This document shows, piece by piece, positions 24,373 through 33,517 of a DNA stretch of 44,924 nucleotides. The stretch spans positions 1 through 44,924 of the forward strand of contig JAUVJK010000002.1 of the NCBI GenBank assembly GCA_030592425.1. The letters are read 5' to 3'. The notes under the pieces were generated by a model. It made no database searches, was not told where the DNA came from, and worked only from the letters and a program-made list of their open reading frames with translations. This DNA comes from Candidatus Moraniibacteriota bacterium. GTDB lineage: Bacteria > Patescibacteriota > Minisyncoccia > Moranbacterales > GCA-2747515. A program made the translations under genes and the position numbers. Within the stretch, counting starts at the first letter, position 1. The number at the start of each line of letters is the position of its first letter.

Positions 24373-24765
24373 ATGAGTCTCGATAAAAAATTAGATGAAA
24401 TCCGCAGGAAGCCAGAATACATTCGCAAAAGATATGTCTGGATAAGCGTCATCCTATGCATGATCTTTGTTCTTATCATATGGTTCTTCTCCTTAAAAAC
24501 AAATTTCTCTAATACAAATAATGAAAATACACAACCTTTTACTGATATTCAAGAACAATTTAATGAAACAGAGGGAGTTCTTCCACAAATGCCGTCAATC
24601 GAAGATTTTGTGACAGCAGAAGGACAAATTTCGCCAGAAAATACATCAAAAACAACTTCTCAAGAGCAACAACCACAAATTTCTGATACCAATACGACAG
24701 AAGATGTCAACACTTTCAGTGAAAAGGAAGCTACATTAGAAGAAGACTCTCGTAACCGTGAATAA
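24373..24765 (+). CDS. Hypothetical single-pass membrane protein (130 aa)
   Basis: TM segment YVWISVILCMIFVLIIWFF followed by a low-complexity Thr/Gln/Glu-rich tail. Confidence 0.55.
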   Translation: MSLDKKLDEIRRKPEYIRKRYVWISVILCMIFVLIIWFFSLKTNFSNTNNENTQPFTDIQEQFNETEGVLPQMPSIEDFVTAEGQISPENTSKTTSQEQQPQISDTNTTEDVNTFSEKEATLEEDSRNRE

Positions 24766-24793
24766 CATCTATTATCCATTAGATTGAACTAGA

Positions 24794-27253
24794 ATGCCAA
24801 AAAACAACGACCCAGAACAAATGGTACATAAAATAGCGGAGCCGATGCCAATTGTAACAGAAATGAAACGCTCTTACCTCGAGTATGCAATGAGTGTCAT
24901 TATTGCTCGCGCACTTCCTGACGTTCGTGATGGACTCAAACCTGTCCATCGCCGCATCCTTTACTCGATGTGGAAAACAGGTCTCCGACCAAGTGCAAAA
25001 TTTCGTAAAAGTGCGACGGTTGTCGGTGAAGTACTTGGAAAGTACCATCCGCATGGCGATACAGCAGTTTACGATACAATGGTTCGTATGGCGCAAGATT
25101 TCTCCCTTCGTTATCCACTTGTCTGGGGACAAGGAAATTTTGGTTCGATGGATGGTGACAGACCAGCTGCATATCGTTACACAGAAGCAAAACTGAAAAA
25201 AATTGCCGAAGAAATGCTTTTTGATATTGAAAAAGAAACTGTTGATTTTGTTCCAAACTTTGACGGTCTTCATCAAGAGCCATCTGTGCTCCCTGCAAAA
25301 TTGCCACAACTTCTTCTTAATGGATCTATGGGAATCGCTGTCGGAATGGCGACAAATATCCCTCCACACAACCTTCGTGAACTCTCTGAAGGTATTGTTT
25401 ACCTGATCGACAATCCAAAAGCAGACGTTGATAGCCTCATGAAATTTATTCCCGGGCCAGACTTTCCAACAGGTGGCGTAATTTACAATGCTACTGATGT
25501 AAAACAGGCTTATGCAACAGGACGTGGAAAGATCGTCACGCGTGCAAAAGCACGCATTGAGGAAGGTAAGCGCGGGCTCTTTACGATTGTCATCACAGAA
25601 ATGACATACCTCACAAACAAAGCAACTCTCGTAGAGAAAATTGCCAATCTCGTTCGTGACAAAAAAATCATTGGTATTAGAGACCTACGTGATGAATCAT
25701 CGAATAAAGATGGCGTCCGTGTCGTTGTTGAACTAAAGAAAGAGGCTTACCCGCAAAAGATCCTCAATCAACTCTATACACTTACGGATCTGCAAAAAAA
25801 CTTCAATGTAAACATGCTTGCACTTGTCGATGGCATCGAACCACGTATTCTCAATCTTAAAGAGATTCTTGAACATTACATTACTCATCGTACAAATGTT
25901 GTTATACGTCGTACAAAATTTGATCTCAAACGTGCAAAAGAACGTGCACACATCCTAGAAGGACTCAAAATTGCTCTTGATAATATCGATGCTGTTATTG
26001 AAACGATCAAAAAATCAAAAACACGCGAAGATGCTCACAAGAACTTACGAAAAAAATTTAAACTCTCTGATCTCCAAGCTACAGCAATCCTAGAAATGCG
26101 TCTTCAAACCCTTGCAGGATTGGAGCGTCAGAAGATCGAAGACGAACTCAAGGAAAAGATTGTCCTAATCAAGGACCTCGAAAAAATCCTTGCGAGCAAG
26201 AAACTCATCAAAGGGATTGTAAAGAGTGAGGTATCACAGCTCGTAGAAGACTATGGTGATGCACGACGAACACGTGTCATTAAAGGTGTCGTTGGTGAAT
26301 TTAAACAAGAAGATCTCGTACCAAATGAGGAGGCAATCATTACAATGACAACAAACGGCTACGTCAAACGCATGAGTCCAAATGTTTATCGTGTGCAAAA
26401 ACGCGGTGGCAAAGGCGTCATTGGCGCAAATACAAAAGATGATGCAACTGTAGCGCACATGTTATCGATCATGTCTCATGACAATCTCATGTTCTTTACA
26501 AATTCTGGAAAAGTCTACCAAACAAAGGCTTATGAGATACCAGAATCCAATCGAACATCACGTGGCAATGCACTAGCAAATTTCCTTCAACTTTCACAAG
26601 AAGAATCTGTTACAGAGATCATTGCATTCAACAAAGGTGATCAATTCAAATTCCTTCTCATGGCAACGCGTTATGGCGTTGTAAAGAAAGTTAAGATCGA
26701 AGACTTCGATAATGTTCGCCGTAGCGGCCTAATTGCCATCAAACTAGAAAAAGGTGACGAGTTAGGCTGGGTAGAACCAACAACTGGTACTGATGAAGTA
26801 ATCCTCACAACCAAGAAAGGTATGGCAATCCACTTCAAAGAAAAGGATGTTCGTGCCATGGGCAGAAGCGCTGCTGGCGTTCGCGGCATTCGACTAAAAG
26901 GCGATGATGGCGTTGTCGGCATGGATACGATCTTTGCAAAACAAAAAGGAACGCAACTTTTTATCATGATGAAGAAAGGACTTGGAAAACGAACAGATCT
27001 CAAATTCTACAAAATTCAAAAACGTGGTGGCGGTGGGATCAAAACAGCAAAAATAACAACGCGCACAGGTGAGATCATTAGTGCACACATCGTAAATGCT
27101 GATGATGAATCGGACATTGTCATCACATCGGCCAATGGACAGATCATGCGCACGCCTCTCACTGATATCTCCGTTCTAGGACGAGCAACACAAGGGGTAA
27201 AGATCATGAAACCAAAAGCAGGCGATACAATCTCCGCTGTGACAGTGCTCTAA
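24794..27253 (+). CDS. gyrA: DNA gyrase subunit A
   Basis: [35 protein letters not shown]. Active-site [11 protein letters not shown]-terminal beta-pinwheel repeats. Confidence 0.95.
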   Translation: MPKNNDPEQMVHKIAEPMPIVTEMKRSYLEYAMSVIIARALPDVRDGLKPVHRRILYSMWKTGLRPSAKFRKSATVVGEVLGKYHPHGDTAVYDTMVRMAQDFSLRYPLVWGQGNFGSMDGDRPAAYRYTEAKLKKIAEEMLFDIEKETVDFVPNFDGLHQEPSVLPAKLPQLLLNGSMGIAVGMATNIPPHNLRELSEGIVYLIDNPKADVDSLMKFIPGPDFPTGGVIYNATDVKQAYATGRGKIVTRAKARIEEGKRGLFTIVITEMTYLTNKATLVEKIANLVRDKKIIGIRDLRDESSNKDGVRVVVELKKEAYPQKILNQLYTLTDLQKNFNVNMLALVDGIEPRILNLKEILEHYITHRTNVVIRRTKFDLKRAKERAHILEGLKIALDNIDAVIETIKKSKTREDAHKNLRKKFKLSDLQATAILEMRLQTLAGLERQKIEDELKEKIVLIKDLEKILASKKLIKGIVKSEVSQLVEDYGDARRTRVIKGVVGEFKQEDLVPNEEAIITMTTNGYVKRMSPNVYRVQKRGGKGVIGANTKDDATVAHMLSIMSHDNLMFFTNSGKVYQTKAYEIPESNRTSRGNALANFLQLSQEESVTEIIAFNKGDQFKFLLMATRYGVVKKVKIEDFDNVRRSGLIAIKLEKGDELGWVEPTTGTDEVILTTKKGMAIHFKEKDVRAMGRSAAGVRGIRLKGDDGVVGMDTIFAKQKGTQLFIMMKKGLGKRTDLKFYKIQKRGGGGIKTAKITTRTGEIISAHIVNADDESDIVITSANGQIMRTPLTDISVLGRATQGVKIMKPKAGDTISAVTVL

Positions 27254-27266
27254 GGAGAATACACTT

Positions 27267-27321
27267 GTCACGTCGCTCGACACAGTCGTTCGAGAACGAC
27301 GTGTCTCGTGAGCGACGTGAC
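27267..27321. repeat. Compound GC-rich hairpin after gyrA, related to the hairpin at 4988-5012
   Basis: Outer arms GTCACGTCGCTC / GAGCGACGTGAC. Inner GACACAGTCGTT-CGAG-AACGACGTGTC. No T-run follows. Confidence 0.8.
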
Positions 27322-27349
27322 TTGCATCATTGTAAATATGTGCTATAAT
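27322..27349 (+). promoter_or_regulatory. Promoter TTGCAT-16-(TGc)TATAAT upstream of rpsO
   Basis: TTGCAT 27322-27327. Extended -10 TGCTATAAT ending at 27349. Confidence 0.6.
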
Positions 27350-27421
27350 TTCTCCGTACGATAATTAATAATCCTCGTGCGTAGTGGTATGAAATACGAC
27401 TACGTTGCAGAAAAAAAGACT

Positions 27422-27700
27422 ATGTCACTTTCATCACGACAAAAGACAAACGCGACAAAAGAAGTAAAACGCCATGATACTGATACTGGTTCTCCAGAAT
27501 ATCAAGTAGCTCTCTTTACAACGCGCATCAAGAAACTAACAGCACACCTCAAAAAGAACCCAAAGGATTTTCATTCTCGTCGTGGACTTCTCAAAATGGT
27601 TGCGAAACGTCGCAAACTCCTAGAATATCTCAAACGAACTGATGAAAAAACGTATAAGAAACTTGTAAAACAACTCAATCTGAAAGAGCGAAAAGCATAA
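27422..27700 (+). CDS. rpsO: 30S ribosomal protein S15
   Basis: [52 protein letters not shown]. Start taken at the MSLSS ATG 27422; the track ORF begins at an upstream GTG. Confidence 0.9.
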   Translation: MSLSSRQKTNATKEVKRHDTDTGSPEYQVALFTTRIKKLTAHLKKNPKDFHSRRGLLKMVAKRRKLLEYLKRTDEKTYKKLVKQLNLKERKA

Positions 27701-27724
27701 GAGGAGTTTAAAATACATATCTTC

Positions 27725-27751
27725 AACCATTCCTTCCTTGGAGTGGTTTTT
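27725..27751 (+). terminator. Terminator after rpsO
   Basis: AACCATTCC-TTCCTT-GGAGTGGTT followed by TTT. Confidence 0.6.
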
Positions 27752-27802
27752 GTACCATTATGCAAACAATGATACACTAAGATTAATCATTTATAAAAAA
27801 TT

Positions 27803-28303
27803 ATGTCAAAATTTAAAGAACAACGTGTTGGTGTCCTTGTTGACGTACAAAATCTCTATTATAGCGCGCGTGTCCTTTACGGGAAGAAATGCAATTTCAA
27901 AAATCTCCTTACAAGCGCCGTTGATGGCCGCAAGTTGATTCGTGCAATTGCCTACGGCATTTCGACAGAAGAAGCACACGAAGAAAAATTCTTTGAAGCT
28001 CTCGAAAATGCTGGTTACGACGTGAAAACAAAAGACCTTCAAATTTTCCCTGGTGGTCAGAAAAAAGGAGATTGGGACGTTGGCATTGCTATGGATGCTG
28101 TTAAAATGTCCCAAAGTCTTGATGTGGTGATCATTGCTTCTGGTGACGGGGATTACATTCCCCTCGTTGAATACATCCAAAATACGACTGGCGCTCGTGT
28201 TGAAGGCATCGCTTTTGCAAAATCAACGAGTAATCTCCTTATTGAGCATTTAGACGATTTTTATGATCTCGCTGACAATCCACGCAAATTTTTGATTGGC
28301 TAA
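27803..28303 (+). CDS. NYN-domain (LabA/DUF88-like) protein
   Basis: RVGVLVDVQNLYYSA...LIRAIAYG...VVIIASGDGDYIPLVEYIQ pattern of LabA-like PIN/NYN nucleases. Confidence 0.75.
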   Translation: MSKFKEQRVGVLVDVQNLYYSARVLYGKKCNFKNLLTSAVDGRKLIRAIAYGISTEEAHEEKFFEALENAGYDVKTKDLQIFPGGQKKGDWDVGIAMDAVKMSQSLDVVIIASGDGDYIPLVEYIQNTTGARVEGIAFAKSTSNLLIEHLDDFYDLADNPRKFLIG

Positions 28304-28330
28304 CATTACCCCAGTCACATTCACAACAAT

Positions 28331-28362
28331 CTCCTACTGAAATATCTCGGTAGGAGGTTTTT
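28331..28362 (+). terminator. Terminator after the NYN gene
   Basis: CTCCTAC-N12-GTAGGAG followed by GTTTTT. Confidence 0.65.
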
Positions 28363-28432
28363 AACTCTAGATTGTCTCTTATACTATTATTCACTTTATA
28401 TTCTAATAGAATTTTTTCGAACAATAATCAGA

Positions 28433-28480
28433 TTGACAGTGCATCATATATTACCTACACTACACTGTAGGTAATTTTTT
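28433..28480 (+). promoter_or_regulatory. pnp leader element: TTGACA-17-TACACT overlapping a 9-bp hairpin plus T-run
   Basis: TTGACA 28433-28438 and TACACT 28456-28461. TTACCTACA-CTACAC-TGTAGGTAA (28451-28474) followed by TTTTTT. Confidence 0.4.
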
Positions 28481-28582
28481 ATTGCAAAAGATCTCACTAG
28501 AGCTGTAGACACACTTGTTTTCTTAATTTAATTGAGTATACAAGCGTGTTTAGACCTAGAGGAATCTTTTGTACAACATAAT

Positions 28583-30721
28583 ATGACAGAAGCAAAAAAG
28601 TGGTCGCTCCAAGTTGGTGATCGCGAACTCATCATTGAGTCTGGATGGTGGGCAAAACAAGCTAATGGTGCTGTGACCGTACGTTACGGAGATACACAGA
28701 TCATGGGAACGGCCGTTATGAGTGAAGGTATGGGATTTGCACGCGCATATTTTCCACTTATGGTGGACTATGAAGAACGTTTTTATGCAGCTGGCAAGAT
28801 CAAAGGATCTCGCTTTATGAAGCGAGAAGGACGCCCAAGCGATAACGCAGTTCTTACTGGACGCATTGTCGATCGTACGATCCGACCACTCTTTAATGGA
28901 CGTATGCGTAACGATGTACAAGTTGTTGTTGGTGCACAGTCTTTTGACGGAGAGAATGAGCCAGATACACTTTGCGTAATCGCAGCATCAACAGCTCTTT
29001 CGATTAGTGATATTCCTTGGGGAGGGCCAGTTGCTGCAGTACGCGTTGGTATGATCAATGATGAAATTGTCATCAACCCAACAAAATCACAGCTCGTTGA
29101 TAGTACACTCAATCTCACACTTGCCGGGACAAAAGACATGATCAATATGATCGAAGCCGGTGCACAAGAAGTGTCAGACGATGATATGATTCGTGCATTT
29201 GAAGCAGGACATAAAGTAATAACTGAGATTGCAACATTCATCGAGAAAATTACAGCAGAGATTGGAAAGGAGAAGACAGCTCCATTCCTCATGAAACTTG
29301 ATGATGATATCGAAGAAATGATCCGCACAAAAGCACTTGCAGCGAGTTTGGAAGATGCTCTCTATGGCAATAAATCTGAAATCGCAGCACAAACGACAGC
29401 AGCAAAGGCTACAACAAAAGAAGCCGCTCTTACAGAGCTCGGCGATAGTGTCCCTGAACTTTTCGAAGATGCCTTTGAACTCGTTTTTGATGAGCTTGCA
29501 GATGAACTTGTTCACAAAAATATTTTAGAAACAGAAAAACGTCCAGATGGTCGCAAGATCGATGAGGTACGTCAGATCACATGTGAGGTTGGTGTATTGC
29601 CACGCCCACATGGTACAGGTGTTTTCACCCGTGGCGAAACACAGGTACTCAACGTGACAACACTCGGATCACCTGGAGATGAACAGATTATTGATACAAT
29701 GGAGGTAGATATCAAAAAACGCTATATCCATCACTACAACTTTCCAGCATACTGTGTTGGTGAGGTACGCCCAAACCGTGGGCCAGGCCGTCGCGAGATT
29801 GGTCATGGTGCGCTCGCAGAAAAAGCTCTTTTTCCTGTTATTCCCGAAAAAGAAGACTTTCCATACACAATTCTCCTTGTTTCGGAAGTTATGGAATCCA
29901 ATGGGTCAAGTTCAATGGCAAGCACATGTGGTTCAACACTCTCACTTATGCATGCTGGTGTGCCGATCAAACGACCAGTTAGCGGTATTGCGATGGGCAT
30001 GATCACAAATAAGACTGGTGATTTTAAAGTTCTCTCTGATATTCAAGGCGCTGAAGACCACTATGGCGACATGGACCTCAAAGTCGCTGGATCCCAAAAG
30101 GGCATTACTGCACTTCAGATGGATGTAAAACTTGATGGCGTAACGCTTGAAATGCTCAGCGCCGCAATCAAACAAGCAAATCTCGGACGAGCACATATCC
30201 TTAGTGAGATGCTCAAAGTAATTCCGGAACCGAACAAAGAGATGTCTCCGTATGCACCACGTATCACAACGTTGCACATTAATCCGGAAAAGATTCGTGA
30301 TGTGATTGGCAAAGGCGGGGAAATGATCAACAAGATCATTGATGAAACTGGTGTCACGATCGATATTGAGGATGATGGATCCGTATTTATCGCATCAAGT
30401 GATAAAGACGGTTCCGAAAAAGCAATCCAATGGGTAAAAGATCTTACACGTGAAGTAAAAGCAGGAGAATTATTTCAAGGAAAAATTACACGCATTATGA
30501 ATTTTGGTGCGTTTGCAGAAGTTCTTCCAGGTCAGGAAGGTCTTATTCATATTTCACAACTCTCTGACAAGCGCGTTGAAAAGGTGGAAGATGTTGTAAA
30601 AGTAGGTGATGTTATCCCTGTTCTCGTTCAAGAAATTGATGATCAAGGCCGTATCAATCTCTCATTGAAAGATGCTCTCAAGAAACAAAGTGCTTCAACA
30701 ACACAGGAGCCAAAACTCTAG
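28583..30721 (+). CDS. pnp: Polyribonucleotide nucleotidyltransferase (PNPase)
   Basis: Two RNase PH-like cores (GSSSMASTCGSTLSLM), then KH (GKGGEMINKI) and S1 (GKITRIMNFGAFAEV) domains. Start taken at the MTEAKK ATG 28583. Confidence 0.95.
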   Translation: MTEAKKWSLQVGDRELIIESGWWAKQANGAVTVRYGDTQIMGTAVMSEGMGFARAYFPLMVDYEERFYAAGKIKGSRFMKREGRPSDNAVLTGRIVDRTIRPLFNGRMRNDVQVVVGAQSFDGENEPDTLCVIAASTALSISDIPWGGPVAAVRVGMINDEIVINPTKSQLVDSTLNLTLAGTKDMINMIEAGAQEVSDDDMIRAFEAGHKVITEIATFIEKITAEIGKEKTAPFLMKLDDDIEEMIRTKALAASLEDALYGNKSEIAAQTTAAKATTKEAALTELGDSVPELFEDAFELVFDELADELVHKNILETEKRPDGRKIDEVRQITCEVGVLPRPHGTGVFTRGETQVLNVTTLGSPGDEQIIDTMEVDIKKRYIHHYNFPAYCVGEVRPNRGPGRREIGHGALAEKALFPVIPEKEDFPYTILLVSEVMESNGSSSMASTCGSTLSLMHAGVPIKRPVSGIAMGMITNKTGDFKVLSDIQGAEDHYGDMDLKVAGSQKGITALQMDVKLDGVTLEMLSAAIKQANLGRAHILSEMLKVIPEPNKEMSPYAPRITTLHINPEKIRDVIGKGGEMINKIIDETGVTIDIEDDGSVFIASSDKDGSEKAIQWVKDLTREVKAGELFQGKITRIMNFGAFAEVLPGQEGLIHISQLSDKRVEKVEDVVKVGDVIPVLVQEIDDQGRINLSLKDALKKQSASTTQEPKL

Positions 30722-30750
30722 TAGCAAAACACGCGAACCTGCTGTATAAT

Positions 30751-30780
30751 AAAGACACTTAAAATGTGTCTTTATTTTAT
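30751..30780 (+). terminator. Terminator after pnp
   Basis: AAAGACAC-TTAAAAT-GTGTCTTT followed by ATTTTAT. Confidence 0.7.
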
Positions 30781-30795
30781 TACACTCAAATATCT

Positions 30796-32142
30796 ATGTT
30801 CGGTAAAAAGAAAAATCAAAATAGTCAATCTCTTTCACAATCTTCCGATAATATTTCTGTCCATACCATGCAAGACGATATCAACACAATGAACGGGAAG
30901 CCACAAGCAGCACTAGAGCAACTAGGAGATTCCCCTAGCAATGCACAGCAACCGACAGTCGCGTCAGCTCCTCAAGAGACTAAAAGCGGTAAGCCATTTG
31001 TTGTTACAGCAGCAAAAATAGCTACATCACAAAAACAATCGCCAGAAAAAATCTCAGATGTTGATGGAATAATTCCAGAGCCTAATACTCTAGATCATTC
31101 CAGTCCTTTTGCTGATACAGATTCAATACCTCCTAGTGCCACATCTGAAGCATCTCAAGAAAGCGTCTCAATAGCTGCACAACAACTTGCAGCTGACAAC
31201 ACTCAATCAGCAACGCCTCAGTCGAAAAGTAGTCTACCAGCAAATTCACCTTTTAATGCACCACCAGCTAATCAAGCTGCCAAATCTCTCCCTCAAACAC
31301 CAACTGTAGGAAATCCACCGACGCTTGAAAATGAGATCTCCAAGATTCAACAAGAGTATGGTGAAATACAAAATTCAGATGATACCCCAAAAGCAAAAAA
31401 AGCTTCCTGTATATTATTTATTTTTATTATTCTTATCATTTTGATCATTGCTGGCAGTGGTTATTACTATTGGATGTCACAAACACCAGATGCGGACACA
31501 ACACTTGTCGAGATCGGAAAAGATACCTACAATGACATCGTTAATGGCGATGACACTATTACCAAGGAAGTAGATCAACAAACGCATGAATATTCTCAAA
31601 CACTTCCTCATTATATTTTAATCGATACACAAAGTGATACAGCCCTTAACGATTTCACTCAAAAGATAGAAACAATCAAAGAAAATATCAGGACACAACA
31701 ACCGCTCAGCGCAATTTCCTTTATTATTACTGATGAAAATAGTAAGCCTCTTTCATTTGATCAATTCGCACTCTTAACAGGCATAACGCTGCCACAAGAA
31801 GTATTAGATCAGATTGATGAATCATTCCTTCTTTATGGCTATTATGATAATGGTGAAGTCCGGCTTGGTCTATCAGCTCAAACTATTGATCCTGACTTAG
31901 TACTCAATGCAATGAAAGATGCTGAGCCGACACTTGTCATGGCTCTCAGACCACTCTTTGCTGGAGAAGTACCCGAAACAACAACTCCGACATTTACTGA
32001 TGGCATATACAATCAAACACCTATTCGCTATGCGAATCTCAATACCATTGAAACACTCTCTATTGATTACGCAACCTATTCTGACGACCTCGTGATCGGA
32101 ACAAGTAAAGAAACGATTCGGGCAATTATTAATACACTCTAA
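30796..32142 (+). CDS. Hypothetical single-pass membrane protein with a disordered Ser/Gln/Pro-rich N-terminal half
   Basis: TM segment CILFIFIILIILIIAGSGYYYW near residue 205. Start taken at the MFGKKK ATG 30796, because the track start (GTG 30766) lies inside the pnp terminator stem. Confidence 0.65.
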   Translation: MFGKKKNQNSQSLSQSSDNISVHTMQDDINTMNGKPQAALEQLGDSPSNAQQPTVASAPQETKSGKPFVVTAAKIATSQKQSPEKISDVDGIIPEPNTLDHSSPFADTDSIPPSATSEASQESVSIAAQQLAADNTQSATPQSKSSLPANSPFNAPPANQAAKSLPQTPTVGNPPTLENEISKIQQEYGEIQNSDDTPKAKKASCILFIFIILIILIIAGSGYYYWMSQTPDADTTLVEIGKDTYNDIVNGDDTITKEVDQQTHEYSQTLPHYILIDTQSDTALNDFTQKIETIKENIRTQQPLSAISFIITDENSKPLSFDQFALLTGITLPQEVLDQIDESFLLYGYYDNGEVRLGLSAQTIDPDLVLNAMKDAEPTLVMALRPLFAGEVPETTTPTFTDGIYNQTPIRYANLNTIETLSIDYATYSDDLVIGTSKETIRAIINTL

Positions 32143-32180
32143 AAATTTCATTTCTATTCCTTTTTAAGTATTTTTCTTGG

Positions 32181-32255
32181 TTATGCACATGATATTCATT
32201 AAAATGTGAATATACTGAGTAAATTCATACGAAATAGTGGATAACATGTGGATAA
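32181..32255. promoter_or_regulatory. Cluster of DnaA-box-like 9-mers
   Basis: TTATGCACA (32181-32189, 8/9), AGTGGATAA (32236-32244, 8/9) and TGTGGATAA (32247-32255, 9/9), compared with TTATCCACA/TGTGGATAA. Confidence 0.35.
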
Positions 32256-32373
32256 GTTTGACAATTTTATTAAGTAATTTTGTTAAAAAATCGATCAAAT
32301 TTTCCATAAACAAAAAAGCACCTAGTTTAACTGTCAATTATCCTTCTATTAGTGCATTATTGGCCACATCATA

Positions 32374-32402
32374 TTGACGAAAGCCTTTTTTCCTGCTATA
32401 AT
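32374..32402 (+). promoter_or_regulatory. Near-consensus promoter TTGACG-17-TATAAT with no downstream CDS
   Basis: TTGACG 32374-32379 and TATAAT 32397-32402. Confidence 0.55.
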
Positions 32403-32552
32403 GGATTTATCAGATGACAAAAGCACATTTAAAACCAATATGGTAGAAGTATTTCCAGTCACAATTTCCCCCTATTTGTGATTGGAATACTTCTACTATT
32501 CTATAGAGACACAAACATGTGATCTCTCGTCAGTATTTCTCTCGCTGACACC

Positions 32553-32591
32553 AAAACAAAAATAAAAATCTTTTTAAAACAAAAATAAAAA
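32553..32591. repeat. Two 16-nt A-rich direct repeats AAAACAAAAATAAAAA
   Basis: Copies at 32553-32568 and 32576-32591. Confidence 0.8.
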
Positions 32592-32897
32592 ATAAAAAGT
32601 AATCAGTTCTTTACAACAGGGGGCATCCATAGAATAGTACGAAGGAAAAAGTTTCATTTTGATTCAAAAGAATCATCGAAGAGAAAATGAAATGAAAAGA
32701 TATGTATAAACTCGTATGTGAACCTGGTAACATAGAACATTGCGTTTCCTCACCCGGACGTAAGATATGTTCAACAGTTACATACTGATATATATCAATA
32801 GTTGGGCACCACCCACATATTATTATTATAGGGGCTCGGTGCCCAACAAATCCATTTAGATAAATACTCATAAATGATTTGTTGGTAATTATCTCGT

Positions 32898-32926
32898 AAA
32901 AAACACCGTCATGCACGGTGTTTTTT
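32898..32926. terminator. Bidirectional intrinsic terminator
   Basis: AAAAA-ACACCGT-CATGC-ACGGTGT-TTTTT. Confidence 0.8.
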
Positions 32927-33012
32927 ATTTACTTCAATAATAAAGCCTTTTAAAGGAATGTCGAGAGCGCATTGGCTTTCCTCTATGAGCAACTTCACGC
33001 TATACTTACATT

Positions 33013-33423
33013 ATGCTATTTGATCATTTCAAAAAAAGGTCACACGCCTCCGTAGGAAAACACGGGGAAGATCTTGCGACAGTTTACTTGAAAAAAAAAC
33101 ATTATAAGATACTCACGCGCAACTATCGCAACAAATACGGTACACAAGTTGGCGAAATTGACATTATCGCCAAAAAGAAAGACCTTCTTATTTTTGTAGA
33201 AGTAAAGACACGAACCGTTTCATCTTCTACGATCGAACAAACACTTCCAGAGGAACAGATCACTGCAGTGAAATTACAACGATTACAAAAAGCTGCAACA
33301 GTATATCTCCATGAAAATAATGTTATCAATTTACCACATCGATTTGATGCAATCAGCATCAAGATCTTTAACAATAATGAACAACCACCAATCATCGATC
33401 ATATAAAGAGTATTTTTTTATAA
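33013..33423 (+). CDS. yraN: YraN family (UPF0102) endonuclease-like protein
   Basis: GKHGEDLATVYLKKKHYKILTRNYR...GEIDIIAKKKDLLIFVEVKTR pattern. Confidence 0.8.
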   Translation: MLFDHFKKRSHASVGKHGEDLATVYLKKKHYKILTRNYRNKYGTQVGEIDIIAKKKDLLIFVEVKTRTVSSSTIEQTLPEEQITAVKLQRLQKAATVYLHENNVINLPHRFDAISIKIFNNNEQPPIIDHIKSIFL

Positions 33424-33517
33424 AAGGAAATAATATATTTTTTACAATGCTTCCAAAATAGACAACTTCTCTTGATTTTGATACACTAAAACTATAAGAA
33501 GACTAATAAACAAGCTT

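Larger units (their letters stand above)
32409..32926 (+). ncRNA. Candidate ~520-nt structured noncoding transcript (promoter to terminator), family unknown
   Basis: No plus-strand ORF of 60 aa or more. 21-bp hairpin at 32443-32496, further hairpins, an A-rich linker, a 10-bp stem GTTGGGCACC..GGTGCCCAAC, and an intrinsic terminator at 32898-32926. Confidence 0.3.

Noticed and set aside
24779-30357. Long antisense or out-of-frame ORFs inside gyrA and pnp (for example 24779-25369, 28783-29328, 29942-30277)
   Set aside because: They are fully embedded in strongly supported conserved genes and have low-complexity or Cys/Ile/Ser-rich compositions typical of shadow ORFs.
32611-32916. Minus-strand ORF of 101 aa in the large intergenic region
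   Set aside because: It starts inside the terminator stem, has no RBS, has odd composition (..IIIICGWCPTIDIYQY..FHFIFSSMILL..) and shows no recognisable motif. It is more likely a chance ORF in AT-rich DNA, though protein homology should be checked.
32403-32926. Tried to assign the candidate ncRNA to tmRNA, RNase P RNA, SRP RNA or 6S RNA
   Set aside because: On either strand there is no GAGGAAAGTCC/ACAGAA-type RNase P blocks, no tRNA-like GGTTCGA T-arm with a CCA end and tag ORF, and no GGAAG..AGCAG SRP domain IV motif.
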